From: Phoronis australis
Lineage: Eukaryota; Animalia; Phoronida
Assembly: GCA_002633005.1 (NCBI GenBank)
Contig: NMRA01000554.1
Span: 218,282-282,281, forward strand
DNA: 64,000 nt
Direction: 5' to 3'
In this document: one piece after another, positions 41,001 to 53,000 of the stretch
Layout of the letters: every line of letters starts with the position of its first letter
Position numbering within the stretch: the first letter of the stretch is position 1
Translations under genes and position numbers: made by a program
Notes under the pieces: generated by a model
Seen by the model: only the letters and a program-made list of their open reading frames with translations
Databases searched by the model: none
Told to the model about the DNA's origin: nothing

Positions 41001-44000
41001 ATACAATCAATTGGATATCGGTACTCTTTCGATACTAATACCAGGTACAAATCTAAAGTAGCTAAAAACCTGAATTTCGTCCAAGAAGCAATCTTTTGAT
41101 TTAGACCATTCAGCGCTACAAAATTGGTTTCGATTCGTCCTGTGCTTAAAAGAGAAGTTTCTAGGTTTGTAAATAACTGATAGCTCGTTATTTCTCAAGA
41201 CCATGCTCCGAGCATAAAATGACATGACACGACAACAAGTCAATTTGGAGAGCCTGGTCAGTCCTAAAATCGCCTCCAACTTGACTAAGGAACAATTTGA
41301 GACCAATTACACCAAAAGTTTTTTTGCAATGGAAGGCATGTCTAAAGCCGCTATAAATCACCTTGGGTTATGCTTGGTCTTTTAATGTCTTGGGGAGCCT
41401 GAACTATATATATAAATATATTGATGAGGTGTGCTGCAGGGAACTTGAGATACCTACCATTTTAGAGTCAGCAAGAGACTCAGGGTTGGTTTACCAACTA
41501 TTCGCTAACTTGAGGTCCGCTTCATGCTGGGTTTGTTGTATGGCATAGTTGACTGAATTGGAAATGAAACATGAAAATATTTCAAAGGTATCGATTTTGG
41601 CATTGAGAACTTTTTGTTTCTCCTAACAGAATTTTTTCGATTTTCGATTTGGTAATTGGTACAGTACCGTCTCCAGAAAAAATGTGCCCAACCCTATTCA
41701 AGACTCGTCTTTGTCACATTTCCAACATCCTTAGCTCAAATGACAACATTCACTGAATAAATATTCATTACATCAATTCATCCTCATGCTGTTTCTGGTT
41801 GTTTTTTCTTTGGCATCACAATTACAAAATAAGAAAACCAATGCGTAAAAAATGCAAAAGTATAATGAAAAACAGTAAAAAAATATTCCTTTCACATGAA
41901 ATTCACATAAACCTAGTAACTGCTTAGAATTTTCATCCAAAAAAAAAACTTATAAAACCATCTTTCCATTAGACTTTCAAAATCCCCAAAATGTGAATAA
42001 GACGTGGAGTTACAAATGTGCTTGCCAAGGTAACAAGCACAGCAAACTTTCGTGGTCTCTCAGTCTAACCACTTAAAGAAAAAGGTTTCTCAAGTGGACA
42101 AATCTGGACTACATCATAATGGGGCAGCCTATGCAATTGGTTACCAACCCAACCATCACCACAGTTGCCCATGATGGACTAAATGTTACACTGAGGCACA
42201 GTCTTATAGGAATATTTAACCCAGTTTTCCAGTACATCTGTTGACACTCTTGAGGCTAGACAAATCAAAGACGTCACATGGCAAAAACTGTGCCTCACCC
42301 AGCATTAACAATAATAAACAAGGTGCCTGTGCATTTGTCTGTTCCTCACCATTAATTCTCTGCCTGATAAATGAACTCTAATAGTCAAATATCTCAACAA
42401 AAATAACAACTATCATAAGTTTAGTCTATTATAAGTAAGTGTGTTGTGTGGCGCGTGCTGTGTGGTGCGTGCTGTGTGGTGCCTGTTGTGAGGCGCGTGT
42501 TGAGAGGCGCGTGTTGTGTGGCGGGTATTGCATGGTGGGTGTTGCGTGGCGGGTGTTGCGTGGCGCGTTTGAGTGGCACGTGTTGAGTGGCGCATGTCGT
42601 ATGGCACAAGTCGTAAGGTGCGTGTTGTGAGGCCCGTGTTGTGTGGTGCGTGTTGTGTGGCGCATGTTGTGTGGTGCGTGTTGTGTGGCGCGTTGTGTGT
42701 CATTCACCTAAAGCACAATAAAATCCACTCTTTCCCAACTCTGGGCAACTAATTTATGACTCTGAACATGCCAGCACTTGGCAAGACTTCAATATCATAC
42801 TCCCTAGTTCAGTAGCTGAAAATGTTTATAAATGGAAGATGCTGGATTGCTCAAGTGAGAACTCTGTGTCCCTGGGACTTGGCATGCAGTAGACGGCATT
42901 TCACCAGTTTCTGTTTACCTACACTTTTGCAAGCATCATCTAAAGCATAAAATTTTAAAAGCCAACGACAGAATTTTGAAAAGTTGATTATGGGTAATGG
43001 TTACATAATTAATAATTGGTGTTAAATTGTGTTTTTATTTCAATTTTTGTAACTACTTTATATGGTCCGGTGCTGATAATGTGAATCATACAGGTATTCA
43101 ACATGTACCACATCTCATATTAGAAACAGTACCCACAACATTAATGGATTTGTGTGCTAATATTTTGCAGTGGTGAAACAAGAATCTGATTTGACTAATT
43201 TCCTGTTTAATTGCAGGTGACAGTAGTAACCAAGTAACCAAGGCGACATAGGTAACCATGGCAACAAAAGTCACCTATCTGTCTGTAGTGCTGGTGTTGA
43301 CTGTAAGGATCCATGCAGCCCCAACCAACAATGCTAGCATAACAACACCAGGACAGAATGCTACAACATCTGACTTTACAAGGACACAATTGCAAACAAC
43401 AACAAAAAGTGATGCTGAATCACAGTCGACTAATGTTACAACACAGTCAACAGTTACAATGCCATCAGTATCAGTTAGTGTTACAAGACAGTTGACTAGC
43501 ATTACAACGCCAACAAATAAAGGAACAACTGAACAGTATGATGAGACAATGCAAATGTCAGCGGTCAGTGCTAGTAGTCAAAACCCGGCGAGTGCGATGC
43601 AAACATCAGAAAGTGCAGGTCAAACACCTGAAGTTACAGCAAGTCAATCCTCAGGCACAACAGAAACACCTGCTAGAGCAACAACGACTATTCTTAAGTC
43701 AACTGCACATGCACCAGGGACTCAACAGCCAGATACAGAAACAACGCAGGCTTCATTAATACCTACTATAATTACTGTAGCATTACCTACATCTACAAAA
43801 CAGCCTTATCAAACTACCACACAAACAAATGCAACTACTCAACCTTTAGAGGGTACAAACAAAACCACCCAAGAAACAACGCAGACTTCTGGTACACCTA
43901 CTATGGTTACCACAGTACTACGAACATCTACAAAACAGCCTTCTCAAACTACCACACAAACAAATGCAGCTACTCAACCTTCAGATGGTACAAATGAAAC

Positions 44001-47000
44001 CACCCAAGTAACAATGCAGACCTCTGGTAAAACTACTATGGTTACCACATCACAACCAACATCTACAAAACAGCCTTCTCAAACTACCACACAAACAAAT
44101 GCAGCTACTCAACCTTCAGAGGATACAAACAAAACCACCCAAGAAAAAACACAGACTTCTGGTACACCTACTATGGTGACCACATCACAACCAACATCTA
44201 CAAAACAGCCTTCTCAAATTACCACACAAACAAATGCAGCTACTCAACCTTCAGAGGATACAAACAAAACCACCCAAGAAACAACGCAGACTTCTGGTAC
44301 ACCTGCTATGGTTACCACAGTACTACGAACATCTACAAAACAGCCTTCTCAAACTACCACACAAACAAATGCAGCTACTCAACCTTCAATGGGTACAAAC
44401 AAAACCACCCAAGAAAAAACACAGACTTCTGGTACACCTACTATGGTTACCACATCACAACCAACATCTACAAAACAGCCTTCTCAAATTACCACACAAA
44501 CAAATGCAGCTACTCAACCTTCAGATGGTACAAATGAAAACACCCAAGTAACAACACAGACCTCTGGTAAAACAACTATGGTTACCACAGCACAACCAAA
44601 AACTACCACACAAACAAATGCATCTAATCAACCTCCAGATGGTACAAATGAAACCACCCAAGAAACAACACAGACTTCTGGAATAACTACTATGGTTACC
44701 ACAGTACTACGAACATCTACAAAACAGCCTTCTCAAACTACCACACAAACAACTGCAGCTACTCAATCTTCAGATGGTACAAGCAAAACCATCCAAGAAA
44801 CAACACAGGCATTGGTTGAAGACACAACACCGACACATTCAACTGTACAGCAAGCATCTGAAGCTATAACTAACAAACCTGGAAACAAAACGGAAACACC
44901 CCGAACATCACCTTCAACAAGTCAGTCATCTACAGATGCAAGTGGGACACCAGCAGAGACAACCAAACAGCATGTGGCTACAACGCAAATAAGTGAGGTG
45001 ACGTCTTCTCTACGCACAACACAGGCAGCTGCAGTTACAACACAAATCTCTTCACAAAAATCCACGATAGAAACAACAACGGGCAAAACACAGTCATTTA
45101 CAAGCACACAAACTCCAGTACCTTCAAGACAATCACCAGCAGTTACAACTCAAATATCTACACCAAAAGCACAGTCATCTGCCGATACAACCCATACATC
45201 TGAACAAACAACACAGGCAACTGAACCCACGACACAGTCAATGTTGGCTACAACCCAACAATCAGCATCTCCAACACAACAGTCATCAACAACAGTACAG
45301 TCCACAGAGGTTGCCACAGCCAGGACTAGTAGACCATATGCTACAAGTGAAAATCCATCAAGTACAACAGAACAAAATGAAGCGACAACTCAACTAAGCA
45401 GGGGATCAACAAAAACACCTGAGGTGACAACACAGCTTGCACAGACAACGCAGGCTCCAGCACCTAAATTGACCTCAGTACCTACAACACAAAAGCTTCC
45501 ACAAGAATCGACAAAGGCCTCTGAAGCAATCACAGCCACGACAAATCAACCCGAGGTGACAATGCAGACCACAGGTCGAAGTGAACAGTCAAGAGAAACA
45601 ACACAACAACCAAAGGTAACTTCAAAAGCACTTACAAGGACCACACAAGAACCTTCATCAACACCTGTGCCAGTTACACAGAAGTCAACACCAACACAAG
45701 AAGCAGAAACAGCGGCAAGTAAAGGAACTGCCGATACAGTGGTTCACAAGCCGACATTGGGAGCAGGCGGAATTGCTGCCATAGTTCTGGGTGTTGTGGT
45801 AGTGTTACTGCTTTTCTTCATAGCTTTTCTGGTAATGCGACACAGGCGGAGTAAGTTCTTGCCCCTACGCAATGATTTCTCATATAACAACGAAGCCTAC
45901 ACAATGTTGGATCAATGAAGAAAATGTGAGGTGACATGGACCTGTGTCAAAGGAACGACGCTTGAATGATGCTCAAAGAAAGAACACCGAAGGCTCACAT
46001 CTTGTGTTCTATATTTATTTTTTGTTTTCAAAATATTCCGAGGTAAAAACGTGTATTCTTTGTATATTTTGGAATTCCAAACTATGGAGTACCAAGGAAG
46101 GTCTAAAGAAGTTTATGCAAGGAACACAGGGTTTTGTATTGCTTATGTATACACTATCATGGTTCTGATTCTTAAGTGAATTGGAAAGCATGTAATTAAA
46201 ATGGATGTACCGGGAACACAGAATGTTCCACGGGAAAAATATAAAGGATTTTCCTACAAAAGGTAATAGAAATCGTGACAATGAATTACTAGTGTGTACA
46301 AAAATGTTAGGACTGTAGTGTACTACTTCAGTAAAAGATGAATAGGAGAAATAGGATTTCTCTAAGACGTAGTTAAACATGAGGACTCCATGAACCGTAG
46401 GTGGAGTGGAACATGTTTGTGCATTTTAAAGATGGTGTGTTGGTGAATTCTAATCAAACATTGATAAGAATAATGCTTTGTATACTACAGTATAAGCCAA
46501 AACTAATCGGACAAAATACTGTTTCCTAGTCACGACAGCAAACTGTGCTTGCAGCTACAATGATGAGCTATTCTTGCTGTAATCACTTCTAATAATTTTC
46601 GTCAACTTTCCCCACCATCCCTGGTCATAATGAACAGCTACAATGGCTACACTCGATTGCCTTCCCTGGTTCTGCAGGGTCAACCGACTGAGACAACTGT
46701 TTCTCGATGCATTCTGGCTTATAGACCATTCAGATGTCTTAGCCAATTGGCAGAGTCAGTCAAGTGTAGCCGGTGTCAGGGATGAATGTTGCCTGTGATC
46801 AGCTGTGACATTGGAAATTCCAAGCAATTTTGGCTCAAACTGTAAAATGTAAAAAGACAATTACCACGCACAAGTCCAGTTTCTAAAAAAGCCTAGACAC
46901 AAAAATATACATGTGACTTTGTGTGACTGATTTTGTAATAATGAATTGCATGCAAGTAAAGACGGTGTATACGGTCTACACGAATACATAAGCATGTGTG

Positions 47001-50000
47001 TCAGTAAGCAGGCAGAAAAATGGTGTTTACTGAACAGACCTTTTTCAAGATAAGAAGCAAGGCAGGTTTTTGGCACATTCTCCTTGACGTAATAGTGCTA
47101 ATCTGGTACTGCAGAACAGGAATTTGCCTGATGTATTGAATGTATCATGCTGGTATTCCAGGTGCAAGGCTGTAGACCTTAGGCAAGGTTATGCAACGAG
47201 ATGGGGATTTTGTCCAATTCCTCTATCTAGTTGGAAACCCGCAAGAGCTCTTTTATACAATATGGCTGCTACGTTTAGTTTAATTCAAAAAAAGTTTGGC
47301 AAATGTTGGTTCTGAAATGTGAATGAGCTAACACGGTAGTACACAACACAAGCGATACAGGTAGGAGAAAATGAGCAAGTATTATATCTCTAACAGTATT
47401 ATCTTTTGACAATTTTCTTAGATAGCATGATGTATTCCATTTATGGTTTATAATATTTATAAGCTTTCACTATAGTTTACTGGTACAGTAGTTTTCAAAA
47501 TAAACCAGACAAACTTTGACCAACTCTGCCAGACTGTGTGCCAAACTTGGATAAACATCTCGCTGGAATTATTGGGCAGTTTAGTCCAGCTTTAGTTCCA
47601 ATAAAAAATGTTTTTGTTGAACTTATGCCAGAATTTAATGTGATGTTAATAGGCCTAGCCACTAACTGTTTATGTATGTAATGGACTTAAGCAGTAAGTT
47701 GTACAGATTTTGATGCCGGAGATGGAGAAATACTTGTCGAGATCTAGTAAGTATTGAAACAAATTCTAGTTAAAATAAACGGATATGTAGTCGCACTTGA
47801 GCGCACCAAAACAGTGCGGAATTTTGTATTTCAGTTTGTTTTGAAAATTACTGTATAAATCAGAAGCTTCCCGGTACTATGGTGGTAAGTGAACTCTGGA
47901 AATCCATGTCACAATAGTGTCTTCTGCAATGAAATCCAAAATGACACCAAAAGAAGCCATCAGGAAAACAATATTAACCAATGTTGTTAAAAGAGTTTGA
48001 TGAACAAGCGTGCATATGCTCTAAGCAAAGGGTTAAAGGTCACCTAATGGGAAACTGTCACAAGCACATGGATGGTTACATGGCGCTGATGACACGTGCT
48101 GCTACCTGGTGGTACTGTGACAATTAAATTTCTGCTTCACAGTGGATGACATAGAGGAACATAATCATGTTTAACTTCATATGACCTTATACAACTTAAT
48201 ACTTCAGGCATTTTGTTGAACTAAAGTTGACTCTTTGCCAACAATAGGACAGGTCATGGGTCCAAGGCATTCAGTCACCATTGTTTAGAGGACATCTCCC
48301 AATAAATACACTAGCAGCTAAGTGGAGGAGTGGTTAGTGCAGTCAGCACTCAACTGAAAGACCTTGGCTGGGAAGTAAGATGTGATAGGTCAGCATCCCG
48401 TCTAGGGAGAGCTAGAAGATGCTTGTGTGCTCATGCTACAGAAACTAGAATTAGCAACCAACAGTCCAATGGCTTATGAAAGATTACTTTTTAGCTTGCA
48501 CACAAAGTGTGCTTAGGAAGTTATTGAGTCTGTTAAAACCAAGAGTTTAGGTGGACGTACACGTAAATATTAAGACACTCTACATAATTTTACTTTAAGC
48601 TGAACGAAATAATTAGTTTTGTGAAGAGTTCAAAACCCTTAGTCGCTAAGATGAAGGAATGATAAGTCTAAAATAGATTTAGAAAAACAATAGGGTAAAA
48701 TGTCACTAATTTTGGATATAACGATTACCAAAATCGACCTATTTCATTTTTCAAATGTTTCCAATATTGCTCAGAATGTCTTCAAAACATCGTCTAGTAG
48801 CAGCTTTGGCATGGGGACAGTGTTGCTAATCTTTTATGAAAAAAATCACTTATTCACATACTGTCCAAAATTGATGGGATTTTATCTTAAGAAACATGGT
48901 GAGTTTCTGAATGTCAAAATATGCATGGTTACTACTGACAAGGAGAGAAAGTACCAATGTTTGTGAGGTATGAATGTGTTGTTATATGAATGCAACTGAA
49001 TACATTGTTTCACTTTTAATTATTAATAATGTTAATCGAAAATGATACTCTTATTCAGACATTAAATTGCAGCTATAATTAGGTGAAAAAGGAGAACAGA
49101 AACTTAACCACTGAAACGGATACTTGCTGGCTGGTGATGGATGCCAAGCCCAATGTTATCAGAACCAGCCACATAAGTGCCGTCCACACACAGACTTAGC
49201 CTGGAACAAGTTACTCCTGGTACAGTTGTACTCCTGGTACAGTTGTCGCTAGATTTGAGTGCTGTCTGAATAATATTTAAACTAGAGCAAGTTACCCCTC
49301 TTGTGACAACATACTCCACATTATTGGGGTGGGATAACTTTTTCTTGGGATAACGTGAGCTACTAGTAATTGCTAAGTGCCCACAAAAGTGAAGTAGTGC
49401 GGAATTAATTATCAGCTGGGGTTTTAGACAGGTTTTCTCTTGCGTGCTATATTGGCATTAGGTGTTCATTGTCATACACAGAGCTACAACTTCAGTCTTA
49501 CCCTAGATATTGGATATGTGTGTGTGTGTGTGTGTGTGGTTGCTCCACTTAAGGAGTACGGTTGTGCAAGTTATTCTAGGGTAGACTGTGTGCTGACGGG
49601 ACTAATGATTGACACAATATTGTGAATCTGTGATTAAGTCCCAATGTTGATGAAGCAGCCACAAGTGCTCTCAGCTGAAATGATTTTAAAACATGCCACA
49701 CTTCCCACTGTTTCATATTGCGACTAAATTCCATAATCATGGAACCTACTTCCAACACAGAACGATGAAAATGCAGACATTTTGAAAATAAAATCACACC
49801 AATTGTAAAGCGTTCAAAAACCATGTTCTGTGCCTAGTCAACAATATTCCTGAACAAAATCATTATATAGATTAAATTATAAATAACAAGGACAAAAAGC
49901 CAATAGAGAGAATAATAAAAAAATCAAATGACCCAATGTTGGTTGTTAACCGACTCACAGGAATTTGCCCAAAATCAAACTATAGCTTAGAGAGTACAAA

Positions 50001-53000
50001 ACCAAAGCGTGCTTTAAAACCTTGAGCATGTAGAAGTGTGACAGGCGTTATCAAATTTGACACTTCAGAGAACATTGTTTTGATTTAACTAAGTAATATA
50101 ATGGTGTTTTTTGCATTGTTTTGCATTCAAAGATCTAATCAACAGACCTGGGTAAACTTCCTGACATTTAAAAAACTTTAGTGATAACTATAACTCTGCC
50201 CATAACTTGTGAAGTGAACTGTTAAGTTCAGACCCACTAAGACAACAGAATTTTTCCCCTAGGTGGAGGTGGTGATGTATGATATAGATAAGGATTAGGA
50301 TTAGTATGTCCAGAATGCCACCATCCCTTCCCAACAAGAGATAACACATAGGGAGGCCATAGTGACAAGTTTTATGAGGCAACACAAATATTTATGTTTC
50401 AGGCCAGTTCACATCATTGCAATTCCAACAAGGCTTTAAGCACATGCCCAGACCTGGAGCAGTTGGTGTTTTACTACCACACTAAGGTGCAATATGTTAT
50501 TCTAGCCAATGTAGAGGGCCATCACCAGACCATGACAGCAGGGGATAGAAACAGTTCATTGAACAGACCCATAAATACTTTGAAAAGACCACTAGCCCTA
50601 ATAAGCACCCAGCTGGGAAAGTCGTGAAAAGGGCAAGGCTTAATTCTGTGAAAATGCATTCCCTAAACTATGAGCAGTGACCACCAGAGGACAAACTTGT
50701 TTACAATGGTGATGTTTTTACTAGCAAAATTTACCTTGTAATTGTGGTATGCAGTTTTCAAACTGATTGATAAGATGTTAATATATAATTTGTCAACCCT
50801 GCTATCACCACAGACTACTAAGTGGTGCAAAACATTTGCATGCCTTCTACACCACAGGCCACTATATTGGAATCAGATACAGCGGGAACTCGGATTAGTT
50901 AATGAGTAGAACTTCCTATGTAGTTATAACAGCACAGGTCGGTGTGCATTATTCATTTTTTCATAAGCTGACGATGTGAAATCGTGGTATTTACTTTTCT
51001 TGAAACATGGCTTAACTTTGAAGTGTGTTGTGACTGGCAAATATCAACAATGTGGAGGATGGAGGCTTGAAAGTTACATGCAATATGATATTTAACAGAT
51101 CAGAAAGTTTAATAGAAAATCATGTTCTTGTAAAAAGCCACGCGTACGTTAACATCTGTTTTACATTGCCTGCAATACTGAAATGGATGGCGCTTATATT
51201 TATAAAGTTCAATATTCCTTTAGGGAACGCTTACCCTAGAACAACTTGCCCTAAAGCCCCATACAGACAAGTGTACATACAGTACGCACACTGCATCTTA
51301 CAACAAAAAAGGTGTACTGTAATCTAGTTTAGACTCTCAAATATAACTCAGCTAGTGCTGAGCAGAAATTTATACTTCAGTTTTGACTGCGCGTATGCGT
51401 TCACACAATAGTTGCATTTACACGAGAGACAGCTATCACAGAGCAACGAACACGGAACAGCTGATCAGGTGCAAGTGTGTAGAAAAACTTGTCTGACACG
51501 GAGCAAGTTGACATCGCAGGGGCCATTTTTGACACCGGTTTGATCGATAGAGAGTTAAACTTGATCAGTTGTTCCAGTTTCAATTACACGTCTAAACACA
51601 ACTGGTTCAGGGTGGAAAAGAATCATCTTTTAATGCGCTTGCGCAATAAAGTATATACGGGTGATCCGCTGTCATTCCACGTGGTTTGGACGTTTCCTAT
51701 TGTTTATGCGAATATGCGCAGACAGTCTTTCTGTAAGTGACTCATGCTGATTCAGTTTGTGATATAATGTTGTGTAAATGTGACCAAAGTGGAGAAAGTC
51801 ACACCGTGACAACTGGCATGATGACAACTGTCTCTCATGCAAAAGCAGGTTATGACCTGCGTTGGGAAAATTTGCAAGAACAAGTTACTCTACCTCGAAA
51901 AGGTGGAGTAAGTAAGACTAGTGTACATATTCTATAAACAACCATACATGAGATTCTTCAGAGAGAGTAAGAGCTGACCTGTCATGAGTGTTTTCAGGTG
52001 CAAGAGAAAGGATCGTTTCTTCCCCCTTTGGTAGCAGATTGCCACAATTTGCTGAGGGTGGGATAAAGCTGCCATTTTATTAACAGAATGCTGGTCACCA
52101 GTACTCATATCGGTAAACAGACTTACCAAGGAAATTGGAGAAAATCTTTTGACTGATGTTTATCGCGGTATCATGTAACAGTCAAATGGTAATAATTTGA
52201 AATGAGTTTGTGCCACTGCTCTTCAATGGACATGGTCAAATAAACATGGTTAATAACTACACCCAACAAATTTATTATCTGACACCATTACATCAGATTG
52301 TGTTTGGCGACCTGGGAAGAATACTAAGTCACCACGAAGTTGTCACTGCCAGTATCAAAGTCAGACAATGATTCCCCCAAAATTCATTTCAAAGTTTGGG
52401 TTGACTTTCAAACTTTAAATTACTAAGTTTTCCTTGATTTAATACATTTGATTCACAATTGTTTCCTTTATTTCGTGACATCAATGCATTTGCCACCACA
52501 GCAGTCAGTACACATCAAACACAACTAAATTACAATTGCAAGAATCAGAATTGTTTGGCAAAAATCTGGCAGGATCAGTGAAAAACATGCCTCCAGTGTA
52601 TGCTTTTGATCGTCTGGGTTCTGTCTTTGTTGGCAGGAGGAATCCAGTTAGAGATTGAATAGTACATACTGTGTATGGAAAGGAATTGATGAGGTATGCG
52701 TGAGAACGGAGTACAGCATGCCCTTTCTATAAATTACAGATTCCCACCTCAGTTTTGGAGACCTTAGATTTCGTTTGGCGACCTGGAATTTTCGCCAAGT
52801 CGCCAAATGTGTCAAGATAGGTGTCGTGCACTGCATTAGAATCTTTTAACATACTACGGTCAATACAGTTCTTATTACTATGATTGTTGTCCTGATGAAC
52901 GTATGACGCTGTCAAGTGTTGTATCAAGATACAAAAACTATAACAAACACTATGGGGCATTACATATAATAAAACAGATCAATTCATTGATTGTGAAATT

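Noticed and set aside
42413-42707. His/Thr-rich ORFs
   Set aside because: Products of the 14-bp minisatellite.
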